The position numbers and the translations under genes are program-made. A stretch of DNA of 63,208 nucleotides, the filler included, from Octopus bimaculoides (taxonomy: Eukaryota): assembly GCF_001194135.2 (NCBI RefSeq). It is 3 parts of 3 records of this genome, joined end to end, with 100 filler letters (N's around TTAATTAATTAA, not from the genome) between each part and the next. Parts side by side here need not be neighbours in the genome. Positions count along the whole stretch, not along the records: positions 17,106 to 34,122 come from NC_068985.1; positions 34,223 to 63,208 come from NC_068981.1; 1 more part is not named here. The stretch is one strand, 5' to 3'. This document shows positions 24,241 to 37,428 of the stretch, piece after piece; position 1 is the stretch's first letter, and each line of letters starts with the position of its first letter. A model generated the notes under the pieces. The model saw nothing but the letters and a program-made list of their open reading frames with translations. It made no database searches and had not been told where the DNA came from.

Positions 24241-24748
24241 ATTGTCGTTCTCTTTGTTATTTCTATTTGGAAAGTTGTTCTATGTTATTCTTCCTTACTG
24301 TAGATTACCAAGGGAAACAACGTGACACTTCGGTGAAATAGCTCGTTTTAGTTGTCTGTATTACCTCTTTTGCGGTGGGGGTGAGAGAATTGTACAGTTA
24401 CTGGACAACATTTTCAGATTGTTTTTTCTATCTCTTGTAAATAAGGGAATGTTATAAATACGCCTCATAAATAATTCGAACGAAAACAAACATGTTTTTA
24501 CAAGCAGTCGTTGGCGAAAATGTAATCTTCAGCCAAACATTTATTTTACAAGAAGCAATTAATAGCTTTCTGACTAAAAATAACATAATTTTAAGCAATT
24601 TAACCGATCATGGAAATGATAAGATGAACAATGGTAGTGTTAGACACACACACATAAAACACACACACACACACATACATACCTTTCACCATGTTCATGA
24701 CAGAATGAATAAAATATGCGAATTGAGAAGCAGGGAGAACTATTTCCG

Positions 24749-24828
24749 ACAGTTCTATATTTAAGAGATGAGGAATTATGTACATTATTTACATTAGTTA
24801 CCTTTGGCGGATATTTGTCCTCATCTTG

Positions 24829-24860
<32 letters not shown>

Positions 24861-24921
24861 CACTAGTCAGGTCACTGCCTAGAATCGAACTCGGCACTTA
24901 ACCACTACGCCATATGCCCGT
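24749..24921 (-). mobile_element. Deletion derivative of the 8111 tRNA-head/pLTR element (hammerhead and anticodon arm missing)
   Basis: Reverse complement: ACGGGCATATGGCGTAGTGGTTAAG-TGCCGAGTTCGATTCTAGGCAGTGACCTGA, (AAT)n, then AACAAACAAGATGAGGACAAATATCCGCCAAAGGTAAC...CTCATCTCTTAAATATAGAACTGT, matching 8323-8411. Confidence 0.9.
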
Positions 24922-25224
24922 GGGCATATGGAGTAAATAATGTACACATCTTTTGTTGAAACTACTCAATGAGGAAGACTCTAAAATCGAATTATCTGAG
25001 GCAGAAAGTATCTGCCCGATAATATGCTTGGCCATAGCACGTGTTTTTCTATTTTTTTTTTTATTTATTTTTACCTGAGCGCTAGATCGTATGGTGAGAA
25101 GGAAGATGGTACTCTTTATCTAGAAAGATATAAAATCAATTCTAATGTACGTGAAAGTGTATCGTTAGAAGTTTTGTTCAACATTCTAATCAAAAGCTGC
25201 CAATGGAAAACTGCGAAAATAATA

Positions 25225-25440
25225 TTGGTTTCAATTTATGACACAAGGCAAGCAATTTGGGGGAAAGGGCTGTGTTGATTACATCCACGCCAGGACTCAA
25301 CTGGTATTTATTTCATCGACTCTGAGACGATGATATATAATGTCGACATCGGCAGCAATTAAGTTCATAACGTGAAGACGAACTAGATGCCGTTAAGCAT
25401 TTTGCCCGGCGTGCTAACGATTCTACCAGCTCGCAGCCTT
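25225..25440 (-). mobile_element. SINE family B, degenerate
   Basis: GCATTTTGCCCGGCGTGCTAACGATTCTACCAGCTCGC at the right end and AATATTGGTTTCAATTT at the left end. Confidence 0.75.
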
Positions 25441-27129
25441 AAATGGAAAAATAATATTAACTCTTGCTAATATTATTATAATAAATGGAATACTCACCAA
25501 TGGTTTTGATTGTCCCACTGGTTATTTGTAGTGATAATGGAAAAAAAAAAAAAGAAGAATGTTTGATCAGGTCAAATAATTTCCTCTGAACATACACTGC
25601 GAACAAGAAAATCGATATCAATCTCAGTATTCGAAAAATTAAGCAACATTCAACATTTTGCAAACAGATTTTGCCAGCACAAATTTATCAACAAATTTTA
25701 ATAATATTTAGTTTAATTTCTTATTTGGAAACAGTTTGAATGATGACTATACAAAGTGTTTTAATTAAAAACAATATTGAATGTAGTTTTATCAATGTAA
25801 CTATCATACAGTATTCAATAACATTGTGATCATAACATTTTACAGCCTGTTTTATTTTCGTGATTTATTATGAAATGATTTAAGTAATGAATTTCAAAAT
25901 ACGTTACAATTTCGTCATTTTAATTAATTTTCTTTTTTAAATAAATATTTATCAAAATTTATATAATATTTAAATTGTTTACTGTCAAATAATTCCAAAT
26001 TAATTATTGGCATTTCTATTTATGACATCCATATGCCATGTCGTGGTTATTTGTCGTATAAATGTCATTAGAAAGAACGTTTGCATTCCATGTACAAGCT
26101 ACTTTCATCAATAAGACAATAGCATTTAAGGAAACTGACAAAGTTCTGTGATGGATGACAATGCTAGAAATAATAAAGCATGGAATACAAGTCATGAAAT
26201 AATACAAGCGTAAATGCCTCGAAGCTTTAGTTCCATTCTTAAAGCAAGACATTATAGAGTTGTTTTCGTCAAGGTACAAGACAATACATTACAAAAAAGT
26301 CTGCCATCCAATTGGTCAGGGGATAGAGAGGGGAGAAATGATTATTGGGCAGGTAGAATGCGTATCTTGTGAACTGTGGGAGAAATTAAACTCATTGGGA
26401 AACTTAGATCAAGAATTCAAATTGTGAGGCAAGATATATTCAAAATGTAGATCTCCCGTTCGTAAAATAGTAACGGAGACAAAATGATATTTATGCGTGC
26501 TCACGGCTACTAGGCCCCTAAATCAAATAGCAAAAGCATAGAATATGCTACTATGTCAAATCCACAGTTATTGGCCCTGGATAATCTATTTTTCTAACAA
26601 TCCGCAATGAGTGATAGTATGTTGTCAACTTCATGTGACAGTCCCATGAAAGTGAAGAATGCTACTGTTATTTAGCACTAGGAAACTCCGTACTTCGTCC
26701 GTGCGATAATTTGTGCCTAAAAAGAAGGCCGACACGGTTGAGTGAACATGTTTAGTCATAATCAAGGCACTCCAAATTTAATCTGTCTGGTGGGATACTG
26801 GACAAGAGTCATTTGTATGTAGTCCAATTGTTAAAATTTAAATTGTTAGGTGTGTAGATTCCTCATGATAAGTGGCAGAATGAATTTTGTGTGTGAATAG
26901 TTATTTGCATATGTATTCTGTTAAAGTTTGTTTAAGTCTTGTGATGTACTTTTGTATGAAAGTATTTTCTTTGCTTATCCGTGCTTCATGCGTGGTATTC
27001 GCAGAACATAGTTCGAGTGGAAAGACCTGAAACTCTGGAAACATGTTTTTTTCACATATGTGTATGTGACCACTCGGTGGAATATGTCTAGTACTGGGGC
27101 CTGTCACTTCATCGAGCTGCTACTGCATT

Positions 27130-27189
27130 AATCTCTCTGAGAGATTTGGAAATGTAATATTTCTAAATCTCTCTGAGAGATTTAGAAAT
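27130..27189. repeat. Duplicated palindrome; perfect 15+1+15 inverted repeat at 27159-27189
   Basis: ATTTCTAAATCTCTC-T-GAGAGATTTAGAAAT, preceded by the partial copy AATCTCTCTGAGAGATTTGGAAAT. Confidence 0.9.
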
Positions 27190-27842
27190 GCCTTATTTCT
27201 AAGTAGCAATGAGGTTGTAACCTATTGATCACTCTTTATCAGCGTGTGTGTGTGTACAATGACCATAAAATTTAACTAGTATGTCTATATGCTTGAGTTA
27301 GTATAATAGTTCATAGGAGAGAAAGTGACTGAACATCAACTTTTGACAATGCTGCCAAACTAATCGCCAACTAATGGGATTCTTAAAAGCCACACATATG
27401 TTATGCTGAAATTCTATTTGGAACAAGTGGCATACATGTAATCCTTGATAGAGAAAATAAAATGTCTACCCGAAATAAATAAAACACAACGAAACAAATG
27501 CAAATTAAATAATTTATTATCAAAGCGTATATATATATATATAGACAGACACACATTATATACGTATATANNNNNNNNNNNNNNNNNNNNNNNNNNNNNN
27601 NNNNNNNNNNNNNNNNNNNNNNNNNNNNNNNNNNNNNNNNNNNNNNNNNNNNNNNNNNNNNNNNNNNNNNNNNNNNNNNNNNNNNNNNNNNNNNNNNNNN
27701 NNNNNNNNNNNNNNNNNNNNNNNNNNNNNNNNNNNNNNNNNNNNNNNNNNNNNNNNNNNNNNNNNNNNNNNNNNNNNNNNNNNNNNNNNNNNNNNNNNNN
27801 NNNNNNNNNNNNNNNNNNNNNNNNTATATATATACGTATATG

Positions 27843-27876
<34 letters not shown>

Positions 27877-29909
27877 CACGCACATATATAATACACCATA
27901 CTATAAGATAAATATACCAGAAATTTATTTGAAGTATTTGAATTTTATTCACGGCATATATGAGGCTTCAATACTTATTGCAATTCCATTGATATGAATA
28001 AAAGAAATGTAAGGCTTGATTTACTAAGTTAGTAAAACTGTATAATAATGTTATTCACTCCCTTGGCGAGTATGTAGGAAATAATACAAAATCATATGAA
28101 TTAAAATGAATATAATATATTCTATTCCGTTCATACTGTTTCTGATTAAAACTTGTTTATTTCGCTATTAGCTACTTTATAAACGATAGTGAAAAGGTAA
28201 GACCGTACGTCTTCATTAATATTGATATGAAATTTTGAATTCTTCTTTACAATTATAAAATATATTTCACTGTTTCAAGCAAAGTTGTATGTGCATAATT
28301 AAATGTAATTGAATATATGACAATATGCGTGCTTTTCGAAAGTTCGTGATTTCGTAGAATAATTACAAAACCAAAAAAGGGAAAAATAATGCTCTGTGAA
28401 ACCGAATCGCAAACCTTTCGCTTCTGCGTTAAAATTCCACCAATGTTAATCCTCATGACAGGAGAGAAATAGTTACAACGCATTAAAAACATACATAAAT
28501 ACAACATATCCTAGAGATGTATTTTCCTGAGCAGGAGGGTCTTTTCCTGAACCTGATCCGATACCTTTTGCTCACATTCAGGTATATTATTCGGATTTTG
28601 AAAATATTACAAGATGGTCGAAACGTCATTTAGCAGATTCCCTGTTGTAAATGTTTGTCGATCACCAAGCGTCTTTTACGTACCAGAAAAATAAAATAAA
28701 CCATGCCCTCTTTTTATGTAAAAATGTATTGCATAAATGCTAAAAATCAATATCCGTAGAGAATAATATTTATGTAGACCTAGAAAAAAGTTTGTAATGT
28801 TTCGAAATCGTTTTATATACAGAAATTCCTATATTTAAATTCCATTTGTCCGTACGCTCTGCCATGCAAGAATCTAATTAATAAAACTTCGATGACAAGT
28901 TGTCTTTTTTTTCTGAATAATATCATTGCAAAGTGCCAGTGTGATTTGAGATACAAAGAGAAGGATGTTATTGCAAAATCAAACTTTTCAGACCAAACCA
29001 ATAAATTTCAATATGCCATTTTGTGAAAAGAAGATTATACTGTTTTCTTAATAGGCTTAAAAGCTAAAGAACCAACGACCACAATTTGATGTAACGAATT
29101 TGATTATATGATAAACACAAGAGGCTGGAAAGAACACGAACCTTGATGGAGACAAAGTACAAAATATTTCATCGCAAAAATATTTCCTGTCACGAGTGAA
29201 GGAAGGGGAGAAAACTACTTTAAAATCATCAGGATGTACTAAACGTGACATATTTAAAACATCACTTAGAAAATGTATATATATATGTATATATATATAT
29301 ATATATATATANNNNNNNNNNNNNNNNNNNNNNNNNNNNNNNNNNNNNNNNNNNNNNNNNNNNNNNNNNNNNNNNNNNNNNNNNNNNNNNNNNNNNNNNN
29401 NNNNNNNNNNNNNNNNNNNNNNNNNNNNNNNNNNNNNNNNNNNNNNNNNNNNNNNNNNNNNNNNNNNNNNNNNNNNNNNNNNNNNNNNNNNNNNNNNNNN
29501 NNNNNNNNNNNNNNNNNNNNNNNNNNNNNNNNNNNNNNNNNNNNNNNNNNNNNNNNNNNNNNNNNNNNNNNNNNNNNNNNNNNNNNNNNNNNNNNNNNNN
29601 NNNNNNNNNNNNNNNNNNNNNNNNNNNNNNNNNNNNNNNNNNNNNNNNNNNNNNNNNNNNNNNNNNNNNNNNNNNNNNNNNNNNNNNNNNNNNNNNNNNN
29701 NNNNNNNNNNNNNNNNNNNNNNNNNNNNNNNNNNNNNNNNNNNNNNNNNNNNNNNNNNNNNNNNNNNNNNNNNNNNNNNNNNNNNNNNNNNNNNNNNNNN
29801 NNNNNNNNNNNNNNNNNNNNNNNNNNNNNNNNNNNNNNNNNNNNNNNNNNNNNNNNNNNNNNNNNNNNNNNNNNNNNNNNNNNNNNNNNNNNNNNNNNNN
29901 NNNNNNNNN

Positions 29910-29960
<51 letters not shown>

Positions 29961-30222
29961 GTGTGTGCGTGTGTGTGTGTGTGTATGTATCTATGTATAT
30001 ATATATATGGTATATATGTATGGATGTATGTATATATATATGGGAAAGATAGAATTTGAAAATGCATTAAACCTCTTGACGAACCCAAGATAGCCGCTGA
30101 TGACGATCGTAATGATCATGATGTCGACGCCATTTTATGTGCCTATTAGCCCTAATACCCCTTATAAAAGAACTTAACAGAAAAGATTAAGGATAAAAAA
30201 TTGGCGACTAGAAAATAAGTCG

Positions 30223-30990
30223 GATGACTTAAAATTTTATGGCAGAGGTGATAATATGCTTGGAGGACAATTAAGTAGTGATGACAGTGGGAGGGAATTA
30301 GGCATCGTTAGAAGTTTTAAGAACACTTTCCAGTATAGGAAACTGACGACCTGACATTCAATTGTGTTGGATATTGACACTGTCATAGAAGAACACGAGT
30401 AGGAATAAACTTACAAATACCTTGCAATAAATGAGGGCTCTGACATTCAGCATGCAAATATGAAAGGGAAGAACAGGAAGGAATGTTACAGGAGAGGTCA
30501 AGGAATCGTAGAATCTAAGTTAAATGCACGTAACAATGTGTTAGCTAGTATTTCCCTAGTAGTTCCTGCTATTTATAGTTTCAAAGTGTTGAACTGGAAT
30601 TTGAGTGAAATAAGGAAGATTGACTGGAAAATATGTAAGCTCCTGACTTGCAATAAGAAACACTACCTAAATTCAGATGCGCATCATCTTTACCTATCAA
30701 TTGCTCAGGGACGTCAAGGCTTGATTCAATTTAAAATCTCTTACAAAACCACCACGTTAGGACTGGCAAAATATTTGGAGACATCTAACGGCCGGATGCT
30801 AAAGCTTGTTGAAAACCATGTAAGAAGTAAGAAGCATCATTATGTTATGAAGGAGGACAAAATATTTTCAAGTGAGATTATGCATAATACCCAGTTTGAA
30901 CAGCATGATGGAAGTGCAGCAACTGTAGCTGCAAAGAAGGTTAAATCAATAGCAAAGGAAAATGCGTTTGAGCAACTGGCTGATAGGTGG
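30223..30990 (+). mobile_element. R4/Dong-clade LINE RT/post-RT fragment
   Basis: DDLKFYG...TYKYLAINEGSDIQHANMKGKNRKECYRR...SKLNARN...IRKIDWKICKLLT...LYLSIAQGRQGL...EQLADRW. Confidence 0.9.
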
Positions 30991-32120
30991 TTATGCTGTA
31001 GCACCGGATGTGTTTGGATTGGGAAATCCCAGAGGATTTTGCTAGTCTCTAACTCTGTTACTCTTTGTGGTTTGTGCTCATACCACATCTTGCATCTCTC
31101 TAGCCCCCAATTTTTAGCGCAGTTTGCAATGGAGCACTTGCGCTACCTGGTTGTGTTGTCACAACTTGTAGTGGTATTGGGGAATTCTAGGGCATTTGTT
31201 TGTGATATGGGCAATGGTTTCATCCACTTTATTGCAGGTGAGGCACAGTGGAGACATTTGCTCATTCCTAAGCTTGACCCTCCTGTTCATGGCCAAAGCT
31301 TGGTTTTGTGCTGCCAGTATAGTGCTCTCGGTATCCTTTTTTTTGGCGGGGAGTTCCTTTCATCAGCCAATCCCACCTATTTTTCCAGCAACTTCTCTTG
31401 AATTTCATGGATTTGGTTGTGTCGTCTCTAGCGTAATCTTCTTCATTTCCTTTTCGTACTTCTTCCTTTGTTTTCCCGTTTTTTCTGTGCCCTTAATATT
31501 CCCTCGTTCCTAACTATGGCCAGCAAAGTTTCTTTACTTTAGGCTAGGTATCTCATTAAGCTCTCGAGTTCGATATGCACGCAGTCTTTCACACTTATCA
31601 GTCCACTTCCTCCATTTACTCTCATAGTGTATAGACGATCAGTGTTTGCATGTAGATGATGGACTTAATGCAACATTAGATGCTTTCTTGACTTCCTGTC
31701 CATCTCCTTTAACTCCTCTGCCCACTTCAAAATTCCAGTGGCATACCAAACTAATGTAACTGCACTCAAGTTTATTGCCGAAATTAAGTTTCTGGCATTC
31801 AGCTTTGAAGACAATACTTTTGTCACTCGCCTCAGGAACTGTCTTTTTATATTTTCCTTCATGTCGTGGTGTTTGATTCCAGCTGCCTCAAGTATTGCAA
31901 GGAACTTTTAGCTGGACTGAAGTTGAATTACTTTCATTATTTCACCACTTGGTCCTGACACTTTCACCTTCTATCCTCACAGGTTTTCCACGTCTCATCA
32001 CCATCATAACCCATTTTGAAATTTCAAACACCATCTTAATATCATGGGAGAAAGTACGCACTAACTGGACTAGGCTGTCCAATTCTGCCTCAGTTTCTGT
32101 GAATTACGCGTTTGATTTGT
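30985..32120 (-). mobile_element. Second R4/Dong-clade LINE fragment (RT end, zinc knuckle, start of the restriction-like endonuclease) in opposite orientation
   Basis: Minus strand: ELDSLVQLVRTFSHDIKMVF...IKHHDMKENIKRQFLRRVTKVLSSKLNARN...DTESTILAAQNQALA...CLTCNKVDETIAHITNKC...HNQVA...WYEHKPQRVTELETSKILWDFPIQTHPVLQHN. Confidence 0.9.
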
Positions 32121-34071
32121 CAGAAATATACATCACCGCCATGTTTAAGATTTTGAAAATATTTTATCAGTCTTCCACAAAATCGGATTAAAATTTGCTT
32201 GCAAATGAAAATATTAATTGATTTTCAGTGACTCGATGCTATTTTATGCCTTATATGTATAAAATATAATTTTATACTTATTTCGGGAAAGTTACTGAAA
32301 AATACATAAAAATGTAACTACTCTATTAGCAGGTTTAGATACGGTGGACAAAATATATATACATACATACATACATACAAATGTAGAAGCCTTTTGCGTT
32401 TCGAGCTATTCAACAGAAAGGAATAAGAGAAAATAAACAGAGAGAGAATGAAGAAGAAAAATTTGTGGACTTCAGCGGTCCTGCATGGCAAATGATATAT
32501 AAGTAAATGGAAGGATAAGCAAGTTAGGGTGAGTAAAGTATACTATTTACATGAAATATAAAATCTGTATAGGCTTACATATAACAAAGTCCGAAAGGAT
32601 ATCAAAAACCAAAGGGTTTGAAGAAGTGTGTTACAACTCCAACAGCTGTTTCTGGGAGCTCGGTGGTCCAAAATAATGGTTGCTGATTGATTCCATCGTC
32701 GGATGAGACGAGCCTTCATCTCCAGGAAATAGATCTTGTGTACGAGAAGTTTCAAAAAGATCTTTCTTTCAACACCCCATATGTATAATTTCCTAATTTC
32801 CTAATTTCCGCAATGTTGCGAGGGTAAAGTACAACGAGCACCAGTAATTTGTCTGGTTATATTTAGATTGCAATCTTTTCAAATAATATGTATTCCAGTC
32901 TTAAATCTATTTATACTATTTGGTGTAGAGGAATAAAATGGTCAGCAACGTTTTATAAATTCGAAATAGTATTATTCAGCGTAATTATTTATTTACTTCA
33001 CAACGAAATAATTTGATAACGTCTGTGTAGTTTGTTGTTTTAATCATTTCTTTTAATTAGGATAAATGACTTGTTCAATTCTCGCTTAAACACAATGAGA
33101 TCAAAGCACGCTAAGAAGATAATAGCGTTGCACGAAAACAAAACATACTAGACTTAAAATTATGTGACGAATCACATCAACGTTAAACTAAATGAATGGA
33201 GGGAAAGTAGAAAGGCTGTAAGTAAGTGGATCAAAGGAATGGAAGGTTTAGTATTCCGGAGGATCAATGGAAATTTAACATAAGCAGGAGCTACTTAAAC
33301 AACAACAACTATTGTCCCAAATGCTATCTACGAAGATTTATATAAATCGCAAAACTAACAGTAATAAAATTGCTTTTTAATTCGCACACCTCTTTGATCA
33401 ATTATTTTACATTTCGTTCATAGACAACACTGTCAATGATATTGTATTTTGCTTCTTATTTCTCTTCTCTTCTTATTCTTTGCTTGTTAAACAAGAAAAT
33501 CCAATTGATAATAGTTTGTGAAAAAAAAAAGAAAAAGAAAAAGAACCACGATCAAGATTCAGCATTTCTGACAGTTTGCCCCTCTCATTCAACATTGTTT
33601 GCGCAAATATGTGATGTTCACAGGGGCAAAGCAAGTCTCTCACATACTGTTAATTTTCCTGCAGGTATTTATGTTTTTTTTATTCCGCCATGATTGACAA
33701 CATCGGTGGAAGTTTTATTGTAGTCAATACACGCGTAAGTTATTCCGTTGAAAGTAGTTGTCAAGTGTAATATGCAGACACATCATTAACATGTGATAGA
33801 CAAACAAAGGAATCGGAGAAAATAGCTTTTTAACTTTCGACAACAGGCGTTTTCAATCGATTGCAAGGAAATTCTTTACGATGTTTACATCCTTATTGTA
33901 ACAGAAGCTCTTGAAGTCAAATAGATGCGCTTGCCTTTGAAAATCTTTCTTGAATTGTTGCTAAGATTTGTTGTTTAGTCTATCAGTAATCACTCGGCAC
34001 GTCTGTTACATTGTTTAATTACTTTTACTCCGTTTGTTTGCTATCGTTTCTTTTGTACGCGCGCACATTCA

Positions 34072-34122
<51 letters not shown>

Positions 34123-34222
34123 NNNNNNNNNNNNNNNNNNNNNNNNNNNNNNNNNNNNNNNNNNNNTTAATTAATTAANNNNNNNNNNNNNNNNNNNNNN
34201 NNNNNNNNNNNNNNNNNNNNNN
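34123..34222. other. Artificial 100-bp scaffold spacer (44 N + TTAATTAATTAA + 44 N)
   Basis: Same layout as 17006-17105. Confidence 0.9.
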
Positions 34223-34293
<71 letters not shown>

Positions 34294-37200
34294 CTGCATC
34301 AGCAGCAGTAGTAGTAGTAGTTGCCCGTGCAAAAATTATTCAGAGAACCACAAGTTCAGAAACTTATAGAAATATATATGCTAGGAAATGTTTATCATTG
34401 GAAACTCTATGCAAACAGGACTAATTTGTATGGAAATACCAGTATACACATGCGCTGGGGCGCACTCACAAGCTTCCGCATACACGCACACACACACACA
34501 GACATATACGCACACAGAGATACAGGTACAAGTACATATAGAAACACACGCGCTCACACGCATACATAACACAAACAAACGCATGTATGTGTACGTTTGT
34601 ATGGGTATAAGCCCATGCCAGTGTACACATATATATATATATATTCCCAGGCGTCTTGGATTCAGTCGAATTACCCAAATACAGCCAGTACACTAAATTT
34701 CTTTGGACACAAAAGAATATTTTCTTCTCAGGAAATTCCAGCCGAACTACTGAGAATAATAATATTTTTCACTACAATGTAATATAGAATGATCTTAACT
34801 TCGTGAATTAAACTGTTGACTTTAATAAATGCTCTCTTCTAAATAATGTTATACAATGAAATGCTAACGTGTTATATCCAACTAGCACGTTTTAGTCGTC
34901 TTAGTGTTAAATACAAGCCTCCTTTCATGATTGAAGCAACTTGCGACGTACTAACAAGTGCGAATTATTAAGAACAACTATTAAGCTACAATTCTCAGAT
35001 GAATTTAAATCTTGATACAATTTCACGTCTTATAATATTGCCTAAAATGAACAAAATTTTATGATGGCTAACTTGAAATTAAATGAACAAGTAGTCTGAC
35101 TGGTGATCGCAGACGATTAAAATGTCTTAGCTTAAAGTTTCAGAAACTATGCACTTTTGTCCTCGTTCGTTGTTGCTTATAGTAAGCAATTAAGCGCTTG
35201 CAGTATATCAGAGATATACAAAAATCAACGTTGCCAAATATGGTTTGTTGTACATATCTAACGTACGCATCGTTGGAAAAAGATAACTCTTTGAGAGTTG
35301 AATTAAATACAGATATAACCCAAAACTGTTAGCTTAAAAAGTTAAAACATCATTTTCGCAGAGAAATATTGCAGAAAAGCAAGACGCTCTCAATTCAGAG
35401 AGCCCCTCCACTCCCCGCCGTTTACTTCTCTGCCACAGGCTTTTCTTCGTAAAAATGGAAGTATCTGATTTGAAATAACTTTTATTGATGCAAATGTGGA
35501 TAATGCTGAAGCGCTGTAAAGTGGTGTGAAAAAAACATATGAATGCGACATTGATCCATACCAAAGATTTCGGTTATTGCCTTAAGTAGTATATGTAGAG
35601 TTAAACACTTCTTAATGGGACATTTGAGTAAATATTTTACTGACATTTGATACGTGGATTATATGCTGTAAATACTGATATATTTAGTGTCTTCTGGTGT
35701 AAAAAATGTGTCTTTTGTTAAAAAAAAAAGGAAAACAGAAATAGAAACATGTGAGATATTTCGGAAAAGGCGAGTTTAATTATAATTGTAATATAAGTGA
35801 CAAGTGCATCTATCTTGATTGTTCAAAATCGTTATTTCTTACATATGTGATAAATCTCAAATATATTTAGATAATCTTTTTCAAATTAAACATTTCATAT
35901 TACATAACACTAGAAATACTCCATTAAATAAGCATGAAACTGTGTCCGAAGTGGATCATTACCTCCTCTATTCACTTCTTCCCAGCATTCTATAATTTGA
36001 AAATGGTTTGCAGTTGCATGATAATTTATGCAGAAAGTGATTGACCGCCATATGATGAATACAACCTGATGGTGCTGTAAGACGCCTAGATATCGCTTAT
36101 AAATTTTATTCGCAATAAACATATTTCAGTGCATCTAATATTCTTGCGTTTGTTTATAATTTACTGCAACCAGAGAACTCATAGATTCTCTCAAACCCAT
36201 GGTGTTTTCTTATAAATATGTATTATTTTCCTTACGTTTCACTATCATCAGGCGCACTATTATCTATTTCAGTTGTGACATTGATACCAGCGATTTGAAA
36301 TGGATTTTCAATAGAATATTCTTTGTATATATTACAGTATTAATTCCAGTTTCCGTTAGCTCACCGTATCATATACCCCATAACACGAGATTTGCATTTA
36401 TGATGGTTTTCTTTGAAAATGAACACTTCTTGTGAAAAGACAATTTAGTATACATCCATAGTCATCTATCTGCACAATGTAAGACTTCCACGAAAGTGGA
36501 ATGCAATGCAACAAAAAGAAAAAAAAAAGAAAAACCTATAATTTTCAAGGAAAATAATTGTATCTTGTATATTTGTTATTAATCGTTTTTTGTATTAGCA
36601 TTCGATACACTTAGGCAGTTAATAAACATGCTTAACTCACGTTAATTGCGATTGTAATTGAAATATTTGGTGGACAGAAATTCAATAATAACAATGTCAC
36701 ACTGTTTGATTTATTGTAACTTGGCAGCAGTCTATTGTTCACAATATTACTTTCGTTCTGTAACAAATTTATTTTGCAGGAAAACGCTTTCACATCGTGG
36801 CTTGGCATACAGCTATTTTGACAAGATTAATATTTCAATTTCAAGGGCCTCTGCAAACAAAGAAACCCCTTCACGCTTTCCTTTCAAAGATTGACGCTTA
36901 TAAACAGATTCTTTGGTTATACATAAACGCATCAGAAATATAAATATACTGTTGTCCATGATGGCTTTTTTCAACCACAATCCAGTTGATCGTTGAGTGA
37001 TGGCAGTTATAATAATTAAAAATATTTTTTGTGTGATTGCAATCAGTAATCCAAATGTATGAGTTATTCAAATAACTTAAAATGTTGAAAAATGTTCAAT
37101 GTGCCCGTGTTTTTAATGTGCGTTTGTGTACGTGCGTATGTATGTGAGTGTGTGTGTGTATTTATGCATGAGTGTGCGTGTATGTAGTATGATAACTGCA

Positions 37201-37428
37201 ATTCAGGTGTCTGTCAAACTTCAGGACATACATTAGTGAAAGAAAATAGAGAATATTTAAAACAAATAATGAACGTTGTGCTATATCGTTACAGACCAAG
37301 AACTGTAATTCTGTGTACATAACGGTGGAAAAAAGTTAATTATCGGGAGCTTTTGTATTACCGTGCTGAAATAGATACCACCTTTGAATATGGAATTCCT
37401 ATGAAATGTAAATCAAAGTATATTTCAG

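Noticed and set aside
27005-27045. Hammerhead-like GAGTGGA...TCTGGAAACATGT
   Set aside because: The CUGANGA core is absent and stem II depends on wobble pairs.
30085-30130. Hammerhead at CTGATGACGATCGTAATGATC
   Set aside because: The core and a 4-bp stem are present, but the required GAAA does not follow.
30460-31401. 313-aa ORF as a real protein
   Set aside because: The first half is LINE sense sequence and the second half is the antisense of a second LINE.
34731-34741. NF-kB-like site GGAAATTCC upstream of the CARD-like remnant
   Set aside because: A single 9-mer is expected by chance in 63 kb of AT-rich DNA.
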